DNA of 64,000 nt from Tubulanus polymorphus. Lineage: Eukaryota; Animalia; Nemertea. The notes beneath the pieces were generated by a model, which saw only the letters and a program-made list of their open reading frames with translations, searched no databases and was not told the DNA's origin. Shown in pieces: positions 1-11,233 of the stretch. The stretch lies in assembly GCF_964204645.1 (NCBI RefSeq), contig NC_134035.1:6781101-6845100 (forward strand), read 5' to 3'. Made by a program: the position numbers and the translations under genes. Numbering within the stretch: position 1 is the first letter of the stretch; each line of letters opens with the position of its first letter.

Positions 1-661
1 TCTCTTTTCTCCTAGCTAGGAACCCCTCTCAATGCAGAGTTTTTGGATATCCTTCAATGCAGTTTAAATTGGATTAAAAAACGATATTTTAGGTCCACTG
101 ACCTAGGTTGAAATAGACATTAGTCTCCAACTTAACTGCTCGATTAAACGTTTACATGTATATTATTTTTGCTAAAACATCGATGCTTTATTTAAGCTTA
201 TTCATAATATCGAACTGTGCAGTCATAATACATTCTTGTACATGTAGATAGGCATGTAAGGCATAATAAGTCGAAATATGGAATAAAAATTTTCATGTGG
301 CCGCAATTCTCTTTCGTAGTAGATCTCCATCACACAACTGCATGATGATTCATCATGAATACATGGTATTGGTGGTGGGTTTTCCCCACTGACTCAATAG
401 GCACGTGTGCGAGTTCACTTATTTCATACACTGTAGTGTACAAAGTTTGTTAAACAATTTATTTTCGTAGATTGAACAATTTCTAAGTATCACTTCCCCT
501 TTCCCAATTTCAGTGCCCGACTATAAAATTCACTGCTTTTCACAGCGCCCGCGACAAACCGTGGCAGTCAGTAGTTGAATGGCTATTTTAACTACTACGC
601 GCGCTTTTCATACATGCGCAGATCAATAAATACCACGTAGCAGCGGAGTACCGAGTAGAGC

Positions 662-701
662 CAAACAAACAAACAAAACAACAAACAAACAAACAAACAC
701 A
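662..701 (+). repeat. (CAAA)n microsatellite, probably a retroposon 3' tail
   Basis: CAAACAAACAAACAAAACAACAAACAAACAAACAAACAC, preceded by AATAAA at about 625. Confidence 0.6.
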
Positions 702-790
702 AAGTGAGATTATACCGACCGTAAAGTCTCCGTTTAACGGTTGCGCATTAAGTGCTGGGAATCCGTAGACTGGTTCCCAGTCTCTACGTG

Positions 791-2074
791 GCAAAAGGTA
801 GAAAGTTTCTTTTGTCCAATGTCGTATAGCGCCGCCGCGGTCGAAAATCGAACTAATCTGTCAAGTCGATAATTTTTTAAGTGAGAAGACGCCGCGTTCA
901 GTTCGCGGTACACTGTACGTACAGTTTTTCGATACACTGCTGTTCAACAAATTTGTTTTGTAGTTGAAGTTCACAGCGCGCTATTCAGTTTTCAGAAGTA
1001 GAGGGCTAAAATAACATCATTCGTAAGATCTCAGATTGAATATTTTCATCAGATTCAGAGCTCAGTTCATTGTATAAAATGTGTCATTTCATGTATAAGA
1101 CAGTTACTTCTATTACTCTGACAGAAGTTTTTATGTCATAATTTTTTTACCTCATGTGTAACTCAATTATAGCAGAGTTATCAATTATTCATTTATAAAT
1201 AAATTAGTATTATTAATTTAATTATTTGATTGATTATTATTAAGAGATATGACATTATAAACATATATATAATGCACAGATATGGATGTTATATATAATG
1301 CAAAGATATGGATGTTATAATGATAATGTATTTCTACTCGCATAGAAATGAGACTAAAGTTTTCCTGTTTGGATATTCTAAAAGCCTATAAGTCCTTTGC
1401 CAAGGATATGAATGGTTTGTGATGATATTATGTTAACTAAATTCATTTGTTGGTTGAACGATTTCAATTAATATCGCAATATTTAGCATTCGTGATATAA
1501 TTAATATGATAGAGATATGGCCATTTGTCTATTGTTTATGTTAGCAAAAGTTTGCATTTGATATAGAAGGCTTTAATGTTTTGATGTATGGTTGAGATTT
1601 TCAAAATAAATGTTATGCTTACATGAGATAATTGGAACTAGATGTTTTATTTCATTTTTATCAAGTATCGATGGATGAGAAGTCTTTCGACGATGTGCAG
1701 TTAGCCCATTAGAGTTTGCCTTAAAATACTTTACTCTCAGTCTAAGCTGAATTTAATTCATACCGCCGTTACAGTACCATAAAATTCACACAAAATCTTT
1801 AGCGTAATTGGAATAGGACGTCCCCTGTTTCACATCCGGCAGGTGTGTTGACGGTGGGTAAGTTTATTAAGGTACACCAAATCTATTAAAACGATCGCTA
1901 TTTTAAAATCAAATCATCCCGAAGAAATTGGGGATTCGTACCTATCGGATATATACTGGTACTCGGCGTCTTTCCACTTAACAAAACATCGTCAATAACA
2001 TTAGTTCTTATTATTGTTAAGTAGCGGCGCTACCGGTACTGTCGATCGGACATTAGAAACTTTCTACCTTTTGC
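791..2074. mobile_element. Non-autonomous TIR element (MULE/Merlin-like) with 9-bp TSD
   Basis: TIR GCAAAAGGTAGAAAGTTTCT (791-810) matches AGAAACTTTCTACCTTTTGC (2055-2074), with weaker inverted similarity for about 100 bp further. CTCTACGTG flanks both sides (782-790, 2075-2083). AT-rich non-coding interior. Confidence 0.8.
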
Positions 2075-2290
2075 CTCTACGTGTTATGCGCCAAGTGGGA
2101 ATATCGTGCCAAGTAAGAATTATCGGCGGAAGTGCATGCCAGAGTATGAATCAAAATGCAAACAACATCCTATACTGAAACGTTGGCAATAGTAGGAGGC
2201 GCCACGGATACTTGCGCCAAGTTGGAATAACTTTTTCGACAAGTTTCGACTCAGCGATTTAACAGTTTTTTTCAGTTTTCAACATACAAT

Positions 2291-5200
2291 ATGATGTTCT
2301 TAGGTTCTACTGCTTGGGCATATTCTAAGAGGCCTTCAAAATACACTCGTGGTCTTGCTAATTATGGGCAGTCTTGTTATATGAACAGCGTTATTCAATC
2401 GGTTAAGTGTGTAGCAGAACATTTCAAACTGTTCTCTAAAAAGTCCGCAGAAAGCCAGAATTCAATGGAGCTTTTCAATAGATGTCGTAAGTATATATAA
2501 AGCCCATTTTGAAGGCTTTAAAGAATGGAAGTGGATATTTTGCCAATAATGCAGCATTATTTTAGTAAACCAAGTGGCTATTCGTACAGACACGTACGAA
2601 TAATTCCGTAGGCTATTCGTACGCGCCCGTATGAATAATTCCGTAGGCTATTCGTACGCACTCGTACGGATTACTGTGGAATTATTCATACGGTCAGGCT
2701 AGTCAAAACATTCGGCTGACTGTCAGTGAGCTCAGTGGTCTAGTGGTATGATGCTGTGCTAGTTATTTACTGGCCCAGGTTCGAGTCTCGCTTGATCCAC
2801 TCTATTGTTCTCTAACTATATTCTCCACACTTTCCTTGAATGGCGGGCGTTTATCGGCCAATCAGCGACAGTTATTAGCGTACAGATCCTTCACCCACTG
2901 GCAGTGGTTGTCTCCACCAGTGATCTCCGTCGCTCTACGATCCTAGTGTAACCAATCCTGTGGTACATCAGACACTAAGATTCTTGGTGAAACAGATCCT
3001 AGTTCCGTATGAATAGCCTCCAGGGTAATCCGTACGGGTCCGTACGAGTAGCCACAGCGATATGCTATTTTGCCAATGCACAATGGCTATGAAATGTAAC
3101 AATAAAATCGCGCCGGTTAGGGTGAGGTTTAGCCACTTAAGTGTCCGTTATTACCCATAGAGTTTTGGTAAAGGTGAGGCTGTAGTGAAAAATTACGGGT
3201 AGTTGTCAGTGAGCCAAGTGGTCTAGTCTAGTGGAAAGACGTTAGGCCAGTAATCTGGTGGTCCGGGTTCGAATCCCACTCTAGTCTATGCTCTTATTTT
3301 GTCTAGGCTAACTCTGTTCTCCAAACTTTCCTATGCAGCCGCAATTAGTCATTCAGAACGCGCCATTGGCAAAATAGTGTTAAGAGGAATAATACCGCAT
3401 TGGCAAAATATTGGCTGCCTTTCTTATTATTAGACTATGTCATTTTTCCAATGACTTGTTTTGATTGCCTAATTGATGCTGCGCAAATGCAAAACTTTGA
3501 AAATTCAAGAAAATTTGAACAGATTTAGAGAAAATAGAGCGGGATTCGAACCCGGACCAGTGTATATATCCTCTAAATATAAATATAAAATACGTTCTTG
3601 CAAACTGGCTGTAAGTTTTCAATTCATATAGCATTCAACGTATCGTATCTCAACCTTACCCTAACCCTTTCATCTCTCTAAGTGTAAAACGGACCCTTAA
3701 ACTAACCCTAACTCCCTGGGCCCGGTTTTACATACAGGGATTAAGCCTCTAATTTGGGTTAGTTGCCCAATTCGAATAAAAATTTTTAGGTTAATTTTCG
3801 ATGCCCATTTCAAAAATGCAAATTAAGATATTTATCATATATCACCTACACATTTTTAGATTTAGGGCCTATTGAAAATCTCATTGGAGAAAGAATTGCA
3901 AAGAAAATACGGAACGATCAATTATACAATTTCATTGTACAACCAAAAAATCCTACGATATTTATGAATGAAACCTTGTTCATGTTATAGGACTAATGCA
4001 TTATGGGCAACTAATTCAGAATTATCTGAGATAATTTGAATTGGTTAATTTTTCGCTAATTTGCGTTAGTGAAACAGATTTAATCATCAAATGATCTATG
4101 CCTAATTCGAAGAATTTTTGATTATCACCTTCGAATTCGAAGTTAACTGGCGTTCGTGAAACGACCACCGGTATTCAGACTAACTATAGATACCATATAG
4201 CCTATGCTATTATGATATATCTAACTGAAATATTTATCATCATCTATATATATTATTTTAAGTATCGCTACTTTTCAGCTGCACCAAAATATACGGCCCC
4301 GTGACTTGACTTGGATGTCATTTGGGGCAGAGCCCTGTGAATATCAATGCCTGAGGAATAGCCTAATGCATATCGGTTCAATTTTAGTCAAGTTACCTAG
4401 GCATATTTTTACCACAATTGCAAAATTGTCACCACTTTGCAAAATTGTAGCTCATGATGAGTTCTATGATTGGATATATAGGCCTAATCATCATCATCAA
4501 ATTTCGGTGAGGAGCCATAATTTGACTTTATGCTTAGCCCATATAAAGGATGGGTACCGGTATATATGTTATCCTATGTGTATGACAACCTCCCTCTCCT
4601 GACTTGACGCGATGGAACTGAGCGCAGGAATACCAGCCAATTAGAGACCGAATGATCATAGTACAAATTTTGATTGCTACATTAGTGTCATTTGTATCAT
4701 GTCACAAATATTTACCGGTAATTTCAAGTAGTTTCAAACGCAAACCAAACGTCCAGCATTGCAGTTGACTGGACTAAAGATCTAGAAACGAAATTGGTAG
4801 AATTACGTAGTGAGCGGCCATCTTTATATGATGTCGCTTACACATTGTATTCAAAACAGAATCAGAAAGATAAAAGTCTTAACGAAATTGCTTTTCAACT
4901 GGAAATATATTTCGCAATTCAAAATAATTTAAATCTATCCTCAAAATGCTCATGACCATGTGATCCAGTGCAGTTGCCAGTAATCGGAACCGGACAAAAG
5001 CAGGGAAGCAACTGGGAGGATCTCATATCCCGCTAATCAGCCTCAAGCCAGCCTTAAGGGTGGGATGATAGTTAATTTGTCTAATCGTCTCACAGCCAAG
5101 CATTCCTATTGTTCATAGAATTGACACATAACATCTTTGATTTAGAGGTAAAGCAGGATAATTTCACCCAGACACTGGAGGATCTGTGTCTAGTTCTGCG

Positions 5201-8200
5201 AAGTACATCAGCAAATATTAGTCATGTAGTGAATCCTAGTGCCATGAAATGTCTTTTGCCTAGTAAGTATTTACTTTGATCAAAATTTCTCATTATACTG
5301 CAATTTTTAGTCCTTTGAAATAAAATATCTCTAATTCATAAACTAGATTAGTTGTGTAATTTGATAATTAAAGTGTTTTTGACCTAATGTTTATATTTCA
5401 ATTTCCTTTTCCTGACAGAATAATGGCAAAATGGTTGGTATATTATATAATCTTCCTATTTGTTTTTCATCAATTTTCTTTGCTTCACATTGTCTATGTA
5501 AATACTCTACACATATAGGCTTCATCTCAGGGTATTAAGTATTAAGTAATCCACATGATTATGTCTCATTACAATGCAAATGCTTTTTAACCCACTTGGG
5601 ACTTAAATCCTAGCGGGCCTAATTTGTTCACTTTTCATTCATTGTTTGTAGACAGGCCCCAGTAATTTGTGGAAAATTGAACTGTAATTGATGCTTCAAT
5701 GGTTTGTTTTGATATTAGGTTAATAGCTACTTTAGATGCATCTGGAGCCAAAAACTGGCCTGATCAAATTCCAGATGGCTGGCTGGGAAATCTTGAATAT
5801 GCTTCAATGAAGTTCCTTGATATTTTGACAAAAAAAGGTCACTTGTGCCCTGAATTCTGAGACCTGTAGCTTCCTAATGGTAGTGATTATGGTTTGCCAT
5901 TATAATGTGCTGAAATTCGTGCTGGGTGAGTTTCAAGGTACATAATTCGTTTCTGAGTATGATCACCAGGCGAATAACGGAATAATGTGGTATTTGATTA
6001 TTTTCAGATTGTCAAGCATTTCGCCAGTAGGCGTGGTGTCCTAGTTGTGTGGTTGCACCAAAAGTCTTTTTTCACCTTATTGCAGCGATTTAGGAAAACA
6101 TTTTATGTGCCTATCTCAGGAAAAGTGATCAGATGGGCTTATACTAGGAATAGCCTGTATCAAACACTTTTGATATGATATTTAATTATAGTATGATTTC
6201 TTGCCAAACCAATGACAGTCACATAGGCGTTATTTTCTTGGAAATTCCATAGGTATCCCCTAATTTTGAGTAGGGTCTTAAATGACTAATGTCTATTTAT
6301 TAATTGATGAGACCTGTTTTTCTGGGATATTTTGCTTACTTTTTGGGGTACATACCTCATTTATGTCTTATCAGAATGCCAAAAATCGCGGACAACAACT
6401 GAATATCCGATATATTTCCAGTTCTGTACCAATTAGATGGATTGGCAAAAAGACTCCTTAAGTCCAATTGAATGAGAGAGAAAATCCTCCATTTTGTCAA
6501 ATTTCTTGGATTTGAACATTGTTACCATGCCTACGCCACCCTGATTTAGTTGTTGAGACCCCACAAGAAAAATAACTTCATTTCGTAGGCATGGTGACAA
6601 TGTGAAAATTCAAGAAATTTCACAAAATGGAGGATTTTCTCTCTCATTCAATTGGACTTAAGGAGTCTTTTTGCCAATCCATCTAATTGGTACAGAACTG
6701 GAAATATATCGGATATTCAGTTGTTGTCCGCGATTTTTGGCATTCTGTTAAGACATAAATGAGGTATGTACCCCAAAAAGTAAGCAAAATATCCCAGAAA
6801 AACAGGTCTCATCAATTAATAAATAGACATTAGAGCCTCATTGCCACTTGCTTCTGTATCTGAAGACTTTGAGGTGACCACAATGACCAGTGCAAATTGA
6901 ATATTTCACTCCTATTTCATCTGTTTTCTGTTTTATATATGTTGCTTCGCTTCATGACTTTTATGCTATTCATGTATGTTATACACTACTATGATCAAAA
7001 TATGTAGGTGATGTCTCGAGGAATGAGACCCTTGCCTATCTGTTCTATAATGAAGAGCTGGATGGTTTGGTGTTCATACACAACCGTGGTGAACTGGAAA
7101 AAAATGTGGTTTTGCTTCTTTCTCACTTCTTTCTTCAACTTTCCTTTACTGAACCAAACTGATTTTCACCCCATTTTATCTTAGATATAGGGCTCTACTC
7201 AAGACGTCAGTGTGATGCCCATGAGTTCTTCATTCGTTGGATGAGTAAAATTGAAGATGAAAATTCAAGGTAAACAAAATGAATGAAGCAACGAGCGAAT
7301 GAACGAATGCAATTATGTTTATACTTATCAAAAAATTGAGGCTAGATAGATGATGAATATAATGTGTGTTTATTTTTTCAGTTCTGATTTTAAACAGATT
7401 GTTAAGTTTTCCATGGTTCTCTTCAAACAAAAGGTATTTTAAGTAGCAAAGCTTTTCAAGCAATGATTCATTCATTTTTACTACACTTAATTTTCACATC
7501 AGTAAGCCCTGTTTGAATATTTTATGACTTTCTCTTTCAGTCATCTGTAGATCCTGTTCTACTGAATCAACACTAACTGATGGATTCACAAACCTCAGTC
7601 TATCACTTGGGGTGTGTAGCTGTGTTTTTGGTCCCTTAAACCGCTGAATATTTCTATATGTTTCCTATAAATAGTTCCTATATGACATTTGAGATTTTCT
7701 TTGTATTTCAGAAGGATAAAGGAAAAGGAGTCACAACCCTTGTCTCGTTACTTAATTCATATTTTTGTAGTGAGGAACTGGATGACTATGAGTGTTCCCA
7801 GTGAGTTTGTTATGTTTATTTCATGTAGTGATCATAAGTACTGATTCCATATTTATAGGTATTATCTTTTAGCTATGATTTCATTTCCATCGTTTTTCAT
7901 TGAAGTTGCAAATTAAAGGTTGCAAGGAAATCTACTAAACCTTTGAAGGCTCCTGAATGTTTAGCTATTCAAATTAACAGGTAAATACTTAATCTGTCAA
8001 TTTGCTTAAACTGCTTTTGTGTAACTGAAAACACATTTTTTGAGGCACCCTGTAGAATGATATTTTACGCATGGCATACGGTATGAACAGTATCTCTAGA
8101 ATTGATTGGTGGAGTTATAACTAATAGACTGTCTTGTCCTTTTAAGATTCAGTAAGACATTGGAAAAAAGAAATGATTTTGTGAGATTTGATGAAGTTCT

Positions 8201-8865
8201 TAGCTTCCACAACGAGGTATGCTCATTTACTGAAGATATTCTAGTTTTTTAGGAATACTGCACATAAATAACACTGTCACATATTTTTCAGAATTTTAAA
8301 CTTTGCAGTGTTGTGGTTCATCAAGGCTCTTCTTTGGAAGGAGGACATTATATATCTTTTGTTTGCGATATTGATGGTAAATGGTTTGAAACAAATGACA
8401 GTAAGGTACTGTAAATCCATTGATCATTTGCAACCAGGAATATTTTATCATTTATTGATTATTCATCAGACACCTGGCAGCTATGTCTTGAACATGAGTC
8501 AGATAACTAAGGCGAATCACCATTCTGACGCAGCACCTAATTCTTTAATCTGGTTCATGCCCATTCTGTCACATTATATAACAAAAACCAATGCAAAATG
8601 TGCAATTACAGGCAAAAGTGACTCAAAAGTTTTATTATCATAAAATAATCGCTGCGGACAAACCCTTTGGAACCACAGGAGCTCTATATGAAAAACAAGC
8701 ATACATCCTGTATATTTTTGTCATAATATCAAATGAGGACAGAGAAGTTAGTTCCGTTCATTTGCACAATATAACGTAACTTAATCTTTATTTTAGGTAT
8801 TGAGAGCCAATAAGGATTGGGTCCTATCCCAGAATGCTTACATGCTATTTTATATAAAAGTACCA
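2291..8865 (+). CDS. Ubiquitin-specific protease (peptidase C19/USP) catalytic domain, multi-exon; N-terminal part of a probable USP-integrase fusion
   Basis: Manual GT-AG exons: 2291-2401 (Cys box RGLANYGQSCYMNSVIQS), 4279-4300 (tentative), 5146-5262 (VVNPSAM), 7185-7269 (RQCDAHEFF), 7382-7433 (FHGSLQTK, needs +1 nt at T-run 7407-7410), 7541-7611 (CRSC...FTNLSL), 7712-7800 (EELDDYEC), 7906-7980 (PECLAIQINR), 8147-8216, 8292-8405 (His box VVVHQGSSLEGGHY...WFETNDS), 8797-8865 (NAYMLFY). All USP boxes are in the correct order. The true start is uncertain. Confidence 0.88.
2727..2798 (+). repeat. tRNA-derived (SINE-head-like) sequence
   Basis: A-box TGGTCTAGTGG and B-box GGTTCGAGTC at tRNA spacing. 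No convincing cloverleaf. Related copy at 3205-3290. Confidence 0.55.
3205..3290 (+). repeat. tRNA-derived (SINE-head-like) sequence
   Basis: GTCAGTGAGCCAAGTGGTCTAG...GGGTTCGAATCCC, homologous to 2727-2798. Confidence 0.55.
6286..6833. mobile_element. Foldback (palindromic) non-autonomous DNA element, about 250-bp arms
   Basis: CTAATGTCTATTTATTAATTGATGAGACC... is a near-perfect inverted copy of ...GGTCTCATCAATTAATAAATAGACATTAG, with an about 48-bp spacer. Near-identical copy at 39833-40384. Confidence 0.9.
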
Positions 8866-8916
8866 GTATGTGTTCTTTCTTATTTTGTCATATAATATTC
8901 AACTTTATGTAGTTAA

Positions 8917-9214
8917 CCCTTAACTTGCTGCAGGCTACTGAGTCGACACACTGGGGATCTGCCGTAGGCAACTGTAGTCAATAGCCCGGCCTATCTCGCA
9001 TTAAAAGATTGTTTTTATGTCACAAGCGCCTCGCAGCGCGTTGAGCCTCTTAAGACATGGCAACTGCCTATACTCGTGAATCCGAACCCGGAAGTGATTT
9101 CACTTTTCGCGCTGGGCCCCCAAAAATGACCCCACCCAGTGTACCCCCTCTTTCAAAAATCGGAAGTTTAATTTCATCAACATGCAAATGATCTTGCTGC
9201 CAGAAGGTTAAGGG
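8917..9214. mobile_element. piggyBac-type MITE
   Basis: TTAA|CCCTTAACTTGCTG ... CAGAAGGTTAAGGG|TTAA: TTAA TSD and CCC/GGG termini. Confidence 0.85.
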
Positions 9215-9249
9215 TTAAACTCGCCAGTAATGCAGGATACAACGGTAAT

Positions 9250-9797
9250 TAGGATTTAGGATGTAATATATATTTTCAATGAGTCTAAATATTATTTTTC
9301 AGACAAGGACAACGGCAGATAATTCACACCAACCCGATCCTCAGGTATGTGAAACATTTTACACGTTGATTTTTCTTAAAATGTGTCATTACTTGGAATT
9401 TAGGATGCAGTATATATTTGTAATGAGTCTAAATATTATTTTTCAGACAAGGACTACGGCACATAATTCACACCAACCCGATCCTCAGGTATGTGAAACA
9501 TTTTACACGTTGATTTTTCTAAAAATTTGTCATAACTTGGAATTTAGGATGCAGTATATATTTGTAATGAGTCTTAATATTATTTTTCAGACAAGGACTA
9601 CGGCACATAATTCACACCAACCCGATCTTGAGGTATGTGAAACATTTTACACGTTGATTTTTCTAAAAATGTGTCATAACTTGGAATTTAGGATGCAATA
9701 TATATTTGTAATGAGTCTAAATATTATTTTTCAGACAAGGACTACAGCAGATAATTCACACCAACCCGATCCTCAGGTATGTGAAACATTTTACACG
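9250..9797 (+). repeat. 144-bp tandem repeat (about 3.8 copies); each unit is a 42-nt phase-0 exon plus a 102-nt intron
   Basis: TTTCAG|ACAAGGAC...GATCCTCAG|GTATGT at 9303-9344, 9447-9488, 9591-9632 and 9735-9776. Each encodes a TRTTADNSHQPDPQ-like peptide. Confidence 0.85.
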
Positions 9798-10432
9798 TCG
9801 CCCAGCCGCCCCTGTATGTGTTTATGAGTTGTAGGTTTAGATGTTGTATTTTGGGTGTCGGAAAATGGTCGGTTTCATGTGGAGATCAGTGTGACTTGTT
9901 TGAATCTTGAATCTTGCAATGGAGTCTGATCATTTTCACACCTTTAGATTATTGTATCGCTATGAAATTGTATGTGATGGCTAAGGATTAGAATGTTATT
10001 ACCGGGTACGTATATTTCTAATTATTCCATCCATCTGGGGCCCAGTTTCACAAAAAGGATTAAAGCCAAAATCGATCAAAAAAAGATAAACTGAATTAAT
10101 GAAGAAATTAAATCGATTTAAGAGTTAAAACTTTTTGTGGAACTTGGCGGCCCATTTTACTCTACTTTATTAGTGCGAGGATGTAGTGTATCATGCTAAA
10201 TTTCAGTAGGCTAGGCCTACTTGTATCCAGTCATGTGCAATATGTACATAGGATTATTAAACTAAGATGAATGTATAGTTCTCTACTCATTTATGAATTG
10301 TATTCTTTTTTATTCGCATATTTTATTTGTAAAATTGTAAAATGAACAAGTTAACTATGAAATAATAATCGATATATGTTAAGTTTATAATTCTTCTCGT
10401 TTTCACTGTCAGGAGAGGAGGAAGCCAATGCC

Positions 10433-10612
10433 TAACGAGAGAAATCCCAGAATAGAATCAGCCCAAAATGAAAAGTTCTATAGCAAAGTGGTATATATTT
10501 TGAGCAACATATATGCTAAATACTATTAGCCATAGATTATACCGATGTATATAGAATTTTACTCAAGAACTTAACATTTTTGGCTGAATCTATTGTGGGA
10601 TTTCTCTCATTA
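10433..10612. mobile_element. Short MITE-like inverted-repeat element
   Basis: AACGAGAGAAATCCCAGAATAGAATCAGCC is an imperfect inverse of GGCTGAATCTATTGTGGGATTTCTCTCATT. TA at both ends. Confidence 0.5.
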
Positions 10613-11233
10613 TTCATATTGTTTATCTTTCAAGACTAAGTCTCTTTTGATTTGCTTATTTTATGTGTGAGACCATAGTAAGTGAGGGCAAGTCAAAGAG
10701 GCTGGTTGCAGTAGTGATGTGCTGGAGGCATTTGGAATGACACTACACCTCCGAGGACCAGAGAAGTAGGAGCCGGTGTTTGGATGACTGATCTCGTATC
10801 TTGTCAAGGACCCTGACTTGATTGAGTACCTGGCAGACAGTCGTCCTGATTGGTCAAGTGACTTCATTTAGATAATGTAGTCACCTGGGAAAGATTTCGC
10901 ACTCATCTCGGACACTAGTTTACCCCTTTTAGACCTTTTATTCCTGGAGTCGGCCATTATTCATTCATCAACCTTCAGAGGATGACATTTTCCCTTTTCA
11001 CTACCAGTCCTCTAGTTCATGGAGTTTCATCGATGTTCATTGCTGCATTTGGTTGAATGACTGGACTGGTTCCAGACGTACTCTGATTGCGCACCTAGTT
11101 TTTAAAGATTATAGCCCTTGATTTTTTTCCTCTTACACTCGCTTGTGTGCATCCATATTGAACTCACTTGTGTGCATCCATATTTGAATGTAGTTTATAG
11201 TTTTGTCAACCCTCTACATTTTATATTTGATAG

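Larger units (their letters stand above)
2527..3419. mobile_element. Nested pair of non-autonomous TIR elements (outer 2527-3419, inner 2574-3055) in the first USP intron
   Basis: Outer ends ATATTTTGCCAAT / ATTGGCAAAATAT. Inner ends GTGGCTATTCGTAC / GTACGAGTAGCCAC, with about 31-bp subterminal tandem repeats at 2576-2692 mirrored at 3004-3055. Confidence 0.55.

Noticed and set aside
2576-2692. CRISPR-like short repeats (also 39098-39190 and 39355-39500)
   Set aside because: These are head-to-tail tandem or subterminal repeats without unique spacers, in eukaryotic DNA with no cas genes.
8308-8643. 111-aa ORF from the track
   Set aside because: Wrong frame. The real coding frame is the USP His-box exon 8292-8405.
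9279-9827. 182-aa repetitive ORF as a standalone protein
   Set aside because: It is read-through of a 144-bp exon+intron tandem repeat. Only the 42-nt parts have splice support.
10412-10490. Extra phase-0 linker exon (ERRKPMPNER...)
   Set aside because: It mostly overlaps the arm of a MITE, has a weak donor and is not needed for frame continuity. It cannot be fully excluded.
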